Counted from the stretch's first letter, positions 38,993 to 53,496 are shown. The stretch: DNA of 64,000 bases from an uncultured delta proteobacterium (GCA_963767925.1 CAVYGB010000002.1:96001-160000), one strand, 5' to 3'. A program made the numbers and translations. Notes: generated by a model not told the origin, from the letters alone.

Positions 38993-40639
38993 ATGAAGCT
39001 CCTCTCGAGTTACGGCGGAAACCTGGTCCTGGCAGCGGCCCTCGCAGGCGCCTTCGCCTGTAACGACGGGGAGAGCCCCCGCCCCGCGCCTGTCGCGCCG
39101 GAGCGCGGGGCCGACGCGGGCGCCTCCGATGGGCCCAGCGCGGTCACCAGCGGCGTCTTGCCGGTGGTGGTGCTGGACGTCCCCGGCATGACTCCGGCCA
39201 TGTTCGAGTCGTTCGCGCCCAAGGTCCAGGGGCGGATCCGGGTTGTCGAGAGCCACGACGGCAAGCACAAGGAGGTCGCCGATCTCCTGTCGCGGCCCGC
39301 GGCCCTCGATAGCCGCATCGCCATCTCGATGCGCGGCAACAGCTCGACCAGCTTTCCCCTCGTCACCTGGGCCAACAACGTCACCGGCTTTCACCAGCGC
39401 TCCTATTCCATCGAGCTGCGCGACGAGATGGACCGACCGAAGGACGGGCAGATGCTCGACCTGCCGGGCGACCCCGACTGGGCCCTGGTCGCCTGCTGGA
39501 ACGACAAGACGTGCATGCGCAACGCCATCACCTACCGGATCGGGCAGGAGTTCGGGCGCTGGAACCCCCGCCTGCGCTTCGTCGAGGTGTACTTCAACGG
39601 CGACTACATCGGCATCTACCAGCTCGTCGAGCCGACCCGCCGGGGGTCGAACCGGGTGAACGTGCCGAAGGTGGCCGACGACGCCAGCCTCGGCGACCTG
39701 ACCGGCGGCTACATCTTCCGGCGCGAGGGGCCCGGCCGCAAGTCGGCGACCGCCATGCCGCCCGTGATGGACTGGGTCTCGCCGACCACCGCCCCCGGGG
39801 TGTACAAGACCCAGAACATCTACAGCTACCACTACCCGCCCGAGGACGGCATCACGCCGGCCCAGCGGACGTACCTCCACGACTACGTGGCCCGCTTCGA
39901 GCAGATGATGCAGGGGCCCGACTTCGCCTCGCCCGAGACCGGCTACCCGGCCAAGCTCGACGTGCAGAGCTGGATCGACTACGCCCTGGTCAACGAGCTG
40001 TCCCACAACATCGACTCCTACTGGAAGAGCCTCTTCTTCGTGAAGGACTCCGACGCCCGGGGCGGGCGCCTCGCGGTGAGCCCCCTGTGGGACTACAACA
40101 TGGGCTACGGCAACGCCGACTACCGCGAGGGCTGGAAGACCGACCTGCTCAACATCAAGATGATGCAGGACTTCGGGGGCGAGTGTGACTACCAGGGTCG
40201 CATCTCGGAGGCCCCTCCGGTCTGCGACGTCGGCTGTTGCAAGGAGACCTGCGACAGCAAGACCCAGCGCTGCTGGAACCTGCCGGTGGTGCCCTTCTAC
40301 TGGGACAACCTCTGGAAGGACCCGGCCTTCCTCGACCAGCTCAAGTGCCGCTGGCTCGACCTGCGCAAGGGCCCCATCCGCATGGGCTTCATCGACGCCC
40401 AGATCGAGGCGTGGAAGAGCCAGCTCGCCCCCCTGGCGATGCCCCGCCACCTGGCCCGCTGGCCCGAGCTGCTCAAATACGTCTGGGCGAACCCCTACGT
40501 CGTCGATCCCAGCAGCGCCCCCATCCGGGGCGAGACCAACGCGCAGTTCTTCGAGCGCGAGGTGACCTGGTTCCGCAACTGGATCGCCGCCCGCATCAAC
40601 TTCCTCGACGCCTCCCTCCCCGGCACCTGCAAGCGCTGA
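38993..40639 (+). CDS. CotH kinase-family lipoprotein
   Basis: DKTCMRN, FVEVYFNGDYIGIYQLVE, NIDSY, SPLWDYNMGYGN; AFAC lipobox. Confidence 0.88.
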   Translation: MKLLSSYGGNLVLAAALAGAFACNDGESPRPAPVAPERGADAGASDGPSAVTSGVLPVVVLDVPGMTPAMFESFAPKVQGRIRVVESHDGKHKEVADLLSRPAALDSRIAISMRGNSSTSFPLVTWANNVTGFHQRSYSIELRDEMDRPKDGQMLDLPGDPDWALVACWNDKTCMRNAITYRIGQEFGRWNPRLRFVEVYFNGDYIGIYQLVEPTRRGSNRVNVPKVADDASLGDLTGGYIFRREGPGRKSATAMPPVMDWVSPTTAPGVYKTQNIYSYHYPPEDGITPAQRTYLHDYVARFEQMMQGPDFASPETGYPAKLDVQSWIDYALVNELSHNIDSYWKSLFFVKDSDARGGRLAVSPLWDYNMGYGNADYREGWKTDLLNIKMMQDFGGECDYQGRISEAPPVCDVGCCKETCDSKTQRCWNLPVVPFYWDNLWKDPAFLDQLKCRWLDLRKGPIRMGFIDAQIEAWKSQLAPLAMPRHLARWPELLKYVWANPYVVDPSSAPIRGETNAQFFEREVTWFRNWIAARINFLDASLPGTCKR

Positions 40640-40811
40640 CCGGCGCAGCCGCCCGCGCTTCGACGCACCCCTGCCGCCCGCGCGGCAGGGGGATGCGGCA
40701 AGCGAGGTCCCGCGGACTTGCGAGCGCCGCGGGCGCGCGGCGCGGGCTTGCGGCCGGCGTCATCGCGGCGGCGCTTGCCTGGCAGGGGCCGGAAAGGGGA
40801 TCGTCGTTTCC

Positions 40812-42266
40812 ATGCGGCGAAGCTGGCTCGCGCTCCTGACGACCGTGGCGGCGGTGGGGCTGGACCCGAGCGCGGCCCGGGCCGCGGAGCGGCCAGCGGC
40901 GGACGCGGCGGCCCTGGCGGCGGCCCTGAAGGCGGCGCGGCCGGGGGACGTGATCGTCATGAAAGACGGGGTCTGGGCCGACCTCGACCTCCGGTTCGAG
41001 GCGCGCGCCACCGAGCAGGCGCCGGTGCGGCTGCGCGCCCGTACGCCGGGCGCGGTGGTGCTGACCGGGACCTCGCGCCTGACCTTCCTCGCCCCCCACC
41101 TGGTGGCCGAGGGGCTGCACTTCCGCGGCGGGCCGGGCGGCAAGCTGAAGGACGGCGCCGTCGTGCGCTTCGCCTCGCACCACGGGCGCCTGACCGAGAG
41201 CGCGATCGTCGACTACAACCCGGAGGATCCGCGGGCCGAATACCACTGGGTCCTGTTCGACGGCAGCGACAATCGGGTCGACCGCAGCCTGTTCCGGGGC
41301 AAGAACAACCGGCGCCCGGTGATCGCCAACGGCGGCCCGGGTATGCGCCGCAACCGGGTCGAGTCCTGCCACTTCAAGGACATCGCCTTCCGCAGCCAGA
41401 ACGGGCGGGAGATCATCCAGATCAAGGGCTACGGGATGAGCGAGGAGCTGGGGGAAGACGGCGCCTTCTTCACGGTGGAGCGCAACCTGTTCGAGGAGGC
41501 GCACGGCGAGGGGATGGAGATCATCTCGATCAAGTCCAACCGCAACGTGATTCGCGGCAACACCTTCCGCAAGACCAAGGGCGGCATCACCAACCGCAGC
41601 GGCAACTTCAACCTCATCGAGGGCAACGTCATCCTCGGTGAGCACGAGCCGCGGTCCTACGGCATCCGGGTCACCGGCCAGCACCACAAGGTGATCGACA
41701 ACTACGTCGCCGGGGTGGACGGCGCCGGGCTGCTGCTGGTGGCGGGCGAGCACATCGACGCCGCCTTGACCCCCCGGTACGACCCCATCGCCCGCGCGGG
41801 GACGCCGCTCGGCCGGGTGCCCCGCTACGCCCAGGTCCGGGAGGGGCTGTTCGCCAGGAACACCCTCGTCGACTGCGGCGGCCCGGCCATCGAGATCGGC
41901 TCGTCGTACAAGGCGGGCTGGCCCCAGGGCCAGCGGGTGCTGTTGCCCGAGCGCAACCGGATCGTCGACAACCTGGTGCAGGCGGCCAGGCCCGACGGAG
42001 GGAGCGCGGGGGCGGCGGGCGCGCCGATCGCGATCGTGCAGCCCGACGGACAGCCCCCGCTGGATCGCTTCCACTTCGCCGCCAACCAGGTCGCTGACAA
42101 CGTCCTGGCCGGCCCGGCCGCCGCCACCGGGGCGCCGGCCGGCTTCCGCGTCGCCCCCGCGCCCGGGCGCCCGGCCACGGCGGGCGCCAGCGCCGGCCGC
42201 CACCGCCCGCTGCAGCCGGCGGATGTGGGACCCCGCTGGATGGGCGCCGCCAAGACCGCCCGCTGA
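40812..42266 (+). CDS. polysaccharide lyase family 6 (chondroitinase B/alginate lyase-like)
   Basis: PGDVIVMKDG, NGREIIQI, EIISIKS.RN.IR.NTF, GIRVTG. Confidence 0.88.
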   Translation: MRRSWLALLTTVAAVGLDPSAARAAERPAADAAALAAALKAARPGDVIVMKDGVWADLDLRFEARATEQAPVRLRARTPGAVVLTGTSRLTFLAPHLVAEGLHFRGGPGGKLKDGAVVRFASHHGRLTESAIVDYNPEDPRAEYHWVLFDGSDNRVDRSLFRGKNNRRPVIANGGPGMRRNRVESCHFKDIAFRSQNGREIIQIKGYGMSEELGEDGAFFTVERNLFEEAHGEGMEIISIKSNRNVIRGNTFRKTKGGITNRSGNFNLIEGNVILGEHEPRSYGIRVTGQHHKVIDNYVAGVDGAGLLLVAGEHIDAALTPRYDPIARAGTPLGRVPRYAQVREGLFARNTLVDCGGPAIEIGSSYKAGWPQGQRVLLPERNRIVDNLVQAARPDGGSAGAAGAPIAIVQPDGQPPLDRFHFAANQVADNVLAGPAAATGAPAGFRVAPAPGRPATAGASAGRHRPLQPADVGPRWMGAAKTAR

Positions 42267-42380
42267 CGCGCCGATCGCGACGCGTCATCCCACCGAGGGG
42301 CAAAAACTCGGCAGGGCGGCGTACGCAGGTGACAATGCCTGGGGCACGCGCCATTGTGCCGCTTTCCGCCCGGCCAAAGC

Positions 42381-43493
42381 ATGCTGTTCCATCTCTTTGC
42401 AACCCTGAGAATCGAGTTCGGCTTCTTCAACGTCTTCCGCTACGTGTCGACGCGGGTGGGGCTGGCGACGCTGACCGCGCTGCTCATCACCTTCTCGGTC
42501 GCCCCCTGGTTCATCCGGCGGGCCCGCGAGCGGCAGCTCGGCGAGGTCATCCGCGACGATGGTCCCGCCTCCCACGCGAGCAAGAAGGGGACGCCCACCA
42601 TGGGCGGGGCCCTCATCCTCATCGCCCTGCTGATCGCCACCTTGCTCTGGTGCGACCTCACCAGCCCGCTGATCTGGCCCGCCCTGCTGGTGACGACCGG
42701 CTACGGGATGCTGGGGTTTGTCGACGACTACATCAAGATCGTCAAGAAGAACAAGAAGGGCGTCGCCGCCCGCATCAAGCTGCTCGTGCAGTTCGCCATC
42801 GGCGCCGCCGCCATCGCCTGGCTGTTCTGGGGCGGGGGCTGGTCGGACGACCTGCGCACGCGCCTGTCGGTGCCGCTGCTCGACTTCGACCGCATCCCGG
42901 TCGAGCTGCCGATCGCGCTGTATTTCTTCCTCGGCCTCATCGTCGTGGTGGGGATGTCCAACGGCGTGAACCTCACCGACGGGCTCGACGGGCTGGCCAT
43001 CGGGCCGGTGATCATCTCGTCCTTCACTTTCTTGCTGCTGGCTTACGCCAGCGGCACCGTGCTGGGCGGCTTCAACGTGGCCCACTACCTCGGCATGCCC
43101 CACATCGCCGGGGCGGGCGAGCTGGCCGTGTTCTGCGGGGCGATCGGGGGCGCGGGCATCGGCTTTCTCTGGTTCAACACCCACCCCGCCCAGGTCTTCA
43201 TGGGGGACGTCGGCGCCCTGGCCCTCGGCGGGGCGCTGGGGTTCGTGGCCCTGGCCACCAAGACGGAGCTGTCGCTGCCGATCATCGGCGGCCTGTTCAT
43301 CATCGAGCTGATGTCCGACATCATCCAGGTCGCCTACTACAAGCGCACCAAGAAGCGCGTCTTCCTCATGGCGCCCATCCACCACCACTACGAGAAGAAG
43401 GGCTGGCCGGAGTCGCGCATCGTCGTGCGCTTCTGGATCGTCTCTTTCTGCTTCGCGATCTCCGGGCTGCTGCTCACGCTCAAGGTGCGGTGA
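42381..43493 (+). CDS. mraY: phospho-N-acetylmuramoyl-pentapeptide transferase
   Basis: KKGTPTMGG, DDYIK, NLTDGLDGL, FMGDVG, MAPIHHHYE. Confidence 0.97.
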   Translation: MLFHLFATLRIEFGFFNVFRYVSTRVGLATLTALLITFSVAPWFIRRARERQLGEVIRDDGPASHASKKGTPTMGGALILIALLIATLLWCDLTSPLIWPALLVTTGYGMLGFVDDYIKIVKKNKKGVAARIKLLVQFAIGAAAIAWLFWGGGWSDDLRTRLSVPLLDFDRIPVELPIALYFFLGLIVVVGMSNGVNLTDGLDGLAIGPVIISSFTFLLLAYASGTVLGGFNVAHYLGMPHIAGAGELAVFCGAIGGAGIGFLWFNTHPAQVFMGDVGALALGGALGFVALATKTELSLPIIGGLFIIELMSDIIQVAYYKRTKKRVFLMAPIHHHYEKKGWPESRIVVRFWIVSFCFAISGLLLTLKVR

Positions 43494-43509
43494 GGAGGGG
43501 GCGGGCGGG

Positions 43510-44891
43510 ATGGATCTGACCGGGCGGGAGGTGCTGGTGGTGGGGCTGGGCCGCAGCGGGGTGGCGGCGGCGCGGCTGTGCCTGCAGCGGGGGGCCCGGG
43601 TGCGGGTCACCGATTCGCGCCCTGCCGAGGCCCTCGCGGCCACGCTGGCCACCCTCCCTCCGGAGATCGAGCCCGGGCGGCGCGAGCTGGGCGGCCACCG
43701 GCGCGACAGCTTCCTGACCGCCGACCTGATCGTGCTCTCGCCGGGCGTGCCCCCGCTGGCCGAGGTGGCGGCCGCGCGCGCGGCGGGCGTGCCGGTGACC
43801 GGGGAGCTCGAGCTGGGCGCCTGGTTCGTGCAGGCCCCCCTGCTGGCGGTGACCGGGACCAACGGCAAGTCGACGACCACAACCCTGGCGGGGGCCATGC
43901 TGGCCGCCACCGGCCGCCCCACCTTCGTCGGGGGCAACCTCGGCGTCCCCCTGTGCGAGGCGGTGGGGACCCCGGCGGCGGGGCCGGGTGGCCACGTCGT
44001 GGTGGAGGTGTCGAGCTTCCAGCTCGAGACCACCGCGCGGTTCGCGCCCCGGGTGGGCATCCTGCTCAACATCAGCCCCGACCACCTCGACCGCTACGAC
44101 GGCATCGAGGGGTACGCCGCCGCCAAGGCCCGGCTGTTCGCCGCCCAGCGGGCCGAGGACTTCGCGCTGGTCAACGTCGACGACGACCGCGTGCGAGCCA
44201 TCGCCGAGCGGGTGCCCGGCCAGGTGGTGCCGCTGTCGACCCGCCGGTCGCTGGCCGACCAGCCGGGCGCCGCCGCCGGCTGGCTGGAAGGTCGCGAGCT
44301 CCTGCTGCGCCTGCCGGGGAGCCCGACCCCCGAACGTTACCCGGCCCAGGCCCCCGGGCTGGTGGGCCGCCACAACAGCGAAAACGCCCTGGCCGCCGCC
44401 CTCGGCGCGCGCCTGTCGGGGGCCAGCGCCGACCAGGTGCGGGCCACCTTGCTGGCCTTCCGCCCCCTGCCCCACCGCATGATCCTGGTGCGCGAGCGGG
44501 CCGGGGTGGCCTTCTATGACGACTCGAAGGGGACCAACGTGGGGGCGGTGGTGGCCGCCCTCGACGGTTTTCCCAGACCGGTGGTGCTGATCGCCGGCGG
44601 GCGCGACAAGGGGGGCAGCTACGCCCCGCTGGCCGCTGCCCTGGCGCCGGTGGGCCGGGCGGCGGTGCTGATCGGCGAGGCAGCCAGCCGCATCGACGCC
44701 GGCCTGGCCGGCGTGGTGCCGGTGCGGCACGCGCCCACCCTGGAGGCGGCGGTGGCGGTCGCCGCCGAGCTGGCCCGCCCGGGCGACGCGGTGGTGCTGT
44801 CGCCCGCCTGCTCGAGCTTCGACATGTTCCGCAACTACGAGCACCGGGGCGACGTGTTCGCGGCCGCCGTGACCGCCCTGCCGGAGGCGAC

Positions 44892-44895
<4 letters not shown>
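43510..44895 (+). CDS. murD: UDP-MurNAc-L-Ala:D-Glu ligase
   Basis: GLGRSG, TGTNGKSTT, EVSSFQL, DHLDRY, DDSKGTN, LSPACSSFDMF. Confidence 0.97.
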
Positions 44896-46256
<1,361 letters not shown>

Positions 46257-46299
46257 CGGATCGGGTTGCACGGGCGGGCGCGCTGGCTATCACCAAGGG

Positions 46300-47001
46300 G
46301 TGAGGCTCTCATCGTGCGCACCTGGGTTCCTGGCCGGTGGGCTGTTGCTGGCCGTCAGCGGTGTGATCGGTGTGGCGGCAGCGAGCGCGACCCTGCCGCT
46401 GTCTTACGTCGCGCTGGGGGACTCGACCGGGGTGGGGGTGGGGGCGCGTGAGGGGGGATATGTCGCCCACCTGTTCAGCGAGCTGGCGGCCCTGCGGCCG
46501 GGATCGCGGCTGCTGAATCTGTGCGGCAGCGGCGCCACCACCGCGCGGGTGCTGTCGCAGCAGGTGCCGCGCGTCCCCCGCGACGGACGGGGGGTGGTCA
46601 CGCTGGGGGTGGGGGTCAACGACCTGCACCGGCGGGTGCCGGTCGATCAGTTCGGCGAGCGGCTGGAGGCCATCGTGCGCGGGGTCCGCGAGCGCACGCC
46701 CGCGCCCATCGTCGTGACCAACCTGCCCGACGTCTCGCTGGCCCCCATCGTGCCGGCCTACCTGCGGCCGCTGGTGGCCTACCAGGTGCGGGCCTACAAC
46801 GAGGTCATCGCGAAGATCGCTGCCCGCTACCGGCTGATCCTGGTCGACGCCTACACCCCCAGCCAGCGGGCGCTGCCCGAGCACCCCGAGTTCTTCTCCG
46901 ACGACGGCTTTCACCCCTCGGACGCCGGCTACCGCTTCTGGGCCGGCGTCATCTGGCCCGAGCTGCGCGCCACCCTCCCGGGCGCCACCGCCACCCGGTA
47001 G
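46300..47001 (+). CDS. SGNH/GDSL hydrolase
   Basis: ALGDS, GVND, DGFHPS. Confidence 0.88.
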   Translation: MRLSSCAPGFLAGGLLLAVSGVIGVAAASATLPLSYVALGDSTGVGVGAREGGYVAHLFSELAALRPGSRLLNLCGSGATTARVLSQQVPRVPRDGRGVVTLGVGVNDLHRRVPVDQFGERLEAIVRGVRERTPAPIVVTNLPDVSLAPIVPAYLRPLVAYQVRAYNEVIAKIAARYRLILVDAYTPSQRALPEHPEFFSDDGFHPSDAGYRFWAGVIWPELRATLPGATATR

Positions 47002-47074
47002 CCTGGCCCGAGCGCAGCGCGGGAACCCGGCCATTTTCTGCGACGGTCTCCCGGCCTCCTCCTGGCTTCAGCGC

Positions 47075-49753
47075 TCAGCTCGGCGGTACCACGATCGGGG
47101 CCGGGGCGGCTCCGGTGGCGACCGGGAGGCGGATGCGGAAGGTGGTCTCCACCTTCGGGACCGAGGCGACCTCGATGCGGCCGCCGGCGCGGGTGACCAC
47201 CAGCTCGGCGATGGCCAGGCCGAGGCCCCGGCCGGTGCCGGGTTTGGTGGTGAAAAAGGGGGAGAAGACCTTCGCCACCTGCTCGGGAGCGATGCCGGGG
47301 CCGTCGTCGCTGACCTCCAGCACGAGCTGCTGGCCCTCGCGCCGGGTCTTGACCCGCACGACCCCCCTCTCCTGGATCGCCTCGGTCGCGTTCTGGACCA
47401 GGCAGCGCACCACCTGGTTGAGCTCCTCGGGGATGCAGCGGACCTGGGCGCCGGGAGCCCGCAGGTCGAGCTCCACCCGGCAGCTCACGTCGATGGGCGG
47501 GGCGACGAGCTGGGTCACCTCCTGGACGGCGGCGTCGAAGGCCACCTCCACCGACTCCTTGGGGAACCCCTCCCGGGCGTAGCGCCGCAGCAGCGCCACC
47601 ACCGCCTCGATCCGGGTGATGCCCGAACCTGCGCTGCCGACCAGGCGGTCGATGCGCTCCTTGACCCGATCGATGGCGGCCAGGCGCGCGGGATCGGTGA
47701 GGGCGGCCCCCGCGATCTGCTCCCGGATCTTCGAGATCTGCTCGACGATCATGAGCTGGGCCCCCTTGATGAAGGTGAGGGGGTTCTGGATCTCGTGGGC
47801 CAGGCCGCCGCTGACGATCTCCAGCCCCTCGGCGTGGGCCCGCATGAGGTGGTCGACGTGCCGGCCCCGGCGCTCGAGGAGCTGGCGGATGGCCGCCTCC
47901 AGCTCGCGGGGGCTGAAGGGCTTGCCGAGGTAGACGTCGACCCCCGCCTCCCGCACCGCCAGCCGATCTTCGAGCTGGTTCTTGGCGGTCAACATGATGA
48001 TCGACGTCTCGGTGAACTGGCGGTCGGCGCGCAGCGCCTGCACCATGCTGAGGCCGTCCAGCTCCGGCATCATGAAGTCGGTGATGATGAGGTCGGGGTG
48101 CTCGCGGCGGGCGATCTCCAGCCCCACCTGCCCGTTGCCGGCGACCGAGACGGTGTAGCGCTGGCAGAGCTGCAGGTTGATCAGCTCGAGGATCTCGGGG
48201 TTGTCCTCGACGACGAGGATGCGGGTCGGGCTGGTCTGGCCGGTGGCCCGCGCCACCACCCGCCGATCGGTGACGTCGCCGATCTCGAGGAAGCGGTAGT
48301 CGTCCTTGCGCTGGAGCTGCTGGGCCCACTCGCGCGGCTCGCGGACCTCCGGGCCCGGGGGGGCCTCCCCGGCCCGTACCTCGGGGGCGATGTGCCCCTC
48401 CCCCTCCGGCAGGTGGACGACGAACCGGCTGCCCCGACCCGGCGTGCTCTCCACCGTGAGGGTGCCCCCGTGCAGGATGACGATCTCGCGGGCGTAGGCC
48501 AGCCCCAGCCCGGTCCCTCCGAAGCGGCGGGTGACCGAGCCGTCGGCCTGGTTGAAGCGATCGAACACCCGCTCGATCTTGTCGGCGGCGATGCCGATGC
48601 CGGTGTCGGACACCACGAGCTCGACCTGGCCGGCGCGGGCTTCGAGCGAGAGGGTGACGCCGCCCTGGCTGGTGAACTTGAGGGCGTTGGACACCAGGTT
48701 GACCAGCACCCGTTCGATCTTCTCGACGTCGACCTGGAGGTCGCTGGGCCGCCCGTGCACGACGAGGTCGAGGGTGAGCTGCTTGCGGGCGGCCAGGGGG
48801 CGAGAGTAGGCCACCACCTCCTCCAGCAGGGCCACGAGATCGGTGCGCTCGGGGCGCAGGCGCAGAAACCCCTCCTCCATCCGGGCCAGGTCGAGGAGAT
48901 CGTTGATCAGCTTCAGCAGGCGAACGGCGTTGCGCTGGTTGGACTGTAGATAGGCTCGCTGGGTGGCGTTGAGGGGCCCCAGCTCCTCGCCGAGCAGGTT
49001 CTCCAGGGGGGCCAGGATCATGGTGAGGGGGGTGCGCAGCTCGTGCGAGACGTTGGCGAAGAACCTCGAGCGGAGCTGGCCGATCTGCTCGATGCGGGTG
49101 CGCTCGGCGGTGACCCGCTCGAGCACGACGGCGGGCATGGTCATCGACATGGCGAACTCGATGAGCAGGGCGATGGTGAAGCCGAGCAGGCTCAGGCTCG
49201 GGTGGTCCCTCAGGAAGGGGTAATCCATGTCATGCAGGCTGGAGATGAGGCAGGTGATGGTGGCGGCCCGGGCCGTCGGGCTCATGCGGTCCGACCCGAG
49301 GAGCACGGCCCGGAAGCCGACGTGGAACACCGGCACCGAGATGCTGATGGCGGCGGGCAGAGAGATCAGCCAGAAGGGCGCGCCGAGGGCGCTGGCCACA
49401 ACGCTGGTGACGAGGGCGACCCCGAACACGACGCCGTAGACCCGCCAGGCCGCCGTCAGGTCGGAGATGCGGGCCAGCAGATCGGCCATGGCGAGCTTGA
49501 TCGGGAAGGCCGACATGAAGGACAGGGTCATCAGCAGCGGCGTGCCGGTCAGCACCCCCTGCATCACCAGGCTCACCGCCGAGAACGCCCAGAACAGGAA
49601 CAGCGTCCGGTGCAGCGCGGTCCGCGCGCGGGCCCAGAGGAACCCCGACAGGATGACGTTGATGACGATGACCGCCGCGTAGAGCAGCAGGAGCCCCGTG
49701 AGCGGTGCCATGATTCCCCCCACGCGCGCCAACAACGCGCCGAGATACCCCAT
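47075..49753 (-). CDS. membrane hybrid sensor kinase (TM-HisKA-HATPase-REC-HisKA-HATPase)
   Basis: SHELRTPL, GGTGLGL, REC (DFMMPELDG), second AHEIQNPL and GRGLGL. Confidence 0.92.
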   Translation of the reverse strand: MGYLGALLARVGGIMAPLTGLLLLYAAVIVINVILSGFLWARARTALHRTLFLFWAFSAVSLVMQGVLTGTPLLMTLSFMSAFPIKLAMADLLARISDLTAAWRVYGVVFGVALVTSVVASALGAPFWLISLPAAISISVPVFHVGFRAVLLGSDRMSPTARAATITCLISSLHDMDYPFLRDHPSLSLLGFTIALLIEFAMSMTMPAVVLERVTAERTRIEQIGQLRSRFFANVSHELRTPLTMILAPLENLLGEELGPLNATQRAYLQSNQRNAVRLLKLINDLLDLARMEEGFLRLRPERTDLVALLEEVVAYSRPLAARKQLTLDLVVHGRPSDLQVDVEKIERVLVNLVSNALKFTSQGGVTLSLEARAGQVELVVSDTGIGIAADKIERVFDRFNQADGSVTRRFGGTGLGLAYAREIVILHGGTLTVESTPGRGSRFVVHLPEGEGHIAPEVRAGEAPPGPEVREPREWAQQLQRKDDYRFLEIGDVTDRRVVARATGQTSPTRILVVEDNPEILELINLQLCQRYTVSVAGNGQVGLEIARREHPDLIITDFMMPELDGLSMVQALRADRQFTETSIIMLTAKNQLEDRLAVREAGVDVYLGKPFSPRELEAAIRQLLERRGRHVDHLMRAHAEGLEIVSGGLAHEIQNPLTFIKGAQLMIVEQISKIREQIAGAALTDPARLAAIDRVKERIDRLVGSAGSGITRIEAVVALLRRYAREGFPKESVEVAFDAAVQEVTQLVAPPIDVSCRVELDLRAPGAQVRCIPEELNQVVRCLVQNATEAIQERGVVRVKTRREGQQLVLEVSDDGPGIAPEQVAKVFSPFFTTKPGTGRGLGLAIAELVVTRAGGRIEVASVPKVETTFRIRLPVATGAAPAPIVVPPS

Positions 49754-49853
49754 CGACGTTCCGGGACCGAGGGTTGAGCCCGTGCCACCCTTACCCGCCG
49801 AACACCTACCTCGTCCCAGGTGGGGGCCCCCGCCGGGCGGGAAGGCGGCGGGT

Positions 49854-51752
<1,899 letters not shown>

Positions 51753-51816
51753 CCTCCGATCATTTCACAACGTTCAGGGGGCGACAACCGGCCCTGTGCG
51801 ACGCGATACTCCCCCG

Positions 51817-52164
51817 ATGGCGATCGAACGCATCGGGGTCCAGACCCGCTGGTCGGACATGGTCGTGCACAACGGCACCGTTTACGTGGTCGAGGTGCCG
51901 GTGTCGGCGGACGCCGACCTCACCACCCAGACCAAGGAGGTCCTGGCCAGCCTGGAGGATTCCCTGCGCCAGGCGGGCAGCAGCAAGTCCAATTTGCTGA
52001 TGGTGACGATCTACCTCGACGACATACGTGGGCTGGACACCTTCAACGCGGTCTGGGACGCCTGGGTCCCCCGGGGCGCCGCCCCGGTGCGGGCCTGCGT
52101 GCAGGCCCGGCTGGGCAAGCCGGGATACCAGGTGGAGCTGCAGGTGATCGCCGCGACGGCTTGA
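51817..52164 (+). CDS. RidA/YjgF-family protein
   Basis: FNAVWDAWV..APVRACVQARL..VELQVIAA. Confidence 0.9.
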   Translation: MAIERIGVQTRWSDMVVHNGTVYVVEVPVSADADLTTQTKEVLASLEDSLRQAGSSKSNLLMVTIYLDDIRGLDTFNAVWDAWVPRGAAPVRACVQARLGKPGYQVELQVIAATA

Positions 52165-52176
52165 GGGACGGCGGCC

Positions 52177-52560
52177 ATGACCTCGCTCGGATTCAGCCGC
52201 TGGCTGGCGCTCGTGTTCGCGATCGTGCTGGCGGTGGTGGAGGCGGTCATCAACGAGAGCCGCCCCGACGGCCGGTGGCAATACGCCCCCCTCTGGATCA
52301 TCGACTACCTGATCGTGGCGGCCCTGCTGGCCGGCTTCTGGCTCAACCGCCGTCGCGGCCACGAGCCGGTCCTGGTGCTGGCCTGGGCGCTGGGCGCCGG
52401 CGTGTTCTACATGGCCCTGTTCAGCGGCCTCGACGGGCGGCCGCGCGACGGCCGGGCCGATCTGATCCTCGAGCTCATCGCCCTCGGGCTGGCCGTGCAG
52501 CTCCTGGGCCTCGGGCTCACCCTGCGGGCCCACTACCGCGGGCGCCGCCTGCGCCCTTGA
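52177..52560 (+). CDS. small four-TM membrane protein
   Basis: Four hydrophobic segments. Confidence 0.65.
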   Translation: MTSLGFSRWLALVFAIVLAVVEAVINESRPDGRWQYAPLWIIDYLIVAALLAGFWLNRRRGHEPVLVLAWALGAGVFYMALFSGLDGRPRDGRADLILELIALGLAVQLLGLGLTLRAHYRGRRLRP

Positions 52561-52600
52561 GCGTCGGATCGGTGAGGGGAGCGCGCGCCGGCGGCGGTGC

Positions 52601-53320
52601 TCACAGCCGGGCGTGGGCCATCCGGCGCAGCTCGGCGCCGACGCCGGGGTCGTCGACGATCGCGCCGTGGGCGGTGAGCACCACGGTCGGCAGCTCCCGC
52701 TCCAGCTCGGTCAGGAAGAAGCGGCGATAGGAGGCTCGATCGCGCATGAACAGCTTCAGCGCGAGGCCGTTGATCTTGAAGCCGGGCGCCGAGTCGGTCC
52801 AGCGGAACAGCAGGCGGGGGATGAGAGAGCCAGGCGCCTCCTTCATGCTGAAGCAGGAGTCCGAGACGTACCAGACGGGGCCCCGGGCGGTCTTCACCTG
52901 CACCCAGGTGTCCCCCAGCTTGATGCCCGGCACGTCGCGCACCTCCACCCCCTCGGGCAGCATCGTCGCCAGGTCCTGGAGCGGCGAGATGTCGATCAGC
53001 TCGGGCCGCCGCTTGCGCAGCCGAGGATGGGCCACCAGGGGCGCGAAGACCCTGGCCTTCGGGAACGCCGCCCGCCAGGACGGCACGCCCATGTGATGAA
53101 AGCCGTTTGTCGCGATGATCGCCCCCACCCCCCCGCGCCGCTCCAGCGCCTGCAAGGCCGCCGCGGGCAGGTCGGGCGCCGGGCTCGCCGCCAGCAGCCG
53201 CCCGTCCTTGAGCCGCACCGTCATCATGCGCGCGAACGCCCCCTTGGTGAACGCATACTCCCGCGTCAGCACCCCCCGCTCCTCGTCGATCACCTCCCAG
53301 CCGCTGTCATGGGTCTCCAT
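52601..53320 (-). CDS. metallo-beta-lactamase-fold / DUF4336-like protein
   Basis: RMMTVRLKDG.LL..SP, ATNGFHHMG, TAHG. Confidence 0.7.
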   Translation of the reverse strand: METHDSGWEVIDEERGVLTREYAFTKGAFARMMTVRLKDGRLLAASPAPDLPAAALQALERRGGVGAIIATNGFHHMGVPSWRAAFPKARVFAPLVAHPRLRKRRPELIDISPLQDLATMLPEGVEVRDVPGIKLGDTWVQVKTARGPVWYVSDSCFSMKEAPGSLIPRLLFRWTDSAPGFKINGLALKLFMRDRASYRRFFLTELERELPTVVLTAHGAIVDDPGVGAELRRMAHARL

Positions 53321-53496
53321 CTGTTGGTACCGGCCTCCCACGCCAGTTATATCCCCCGCGGCCGTTGGTGTAATCATTGCAGAACATGGCTCAGGGAGAC
53401 CGGGACCGCGATGAAGCAGCCGCCGATGGCTACGAAACATAGAGCCGCGATGACCGCGGGGGCCGGCCGGCCGGGCCCGCGGCGACGGGGGGGGCG

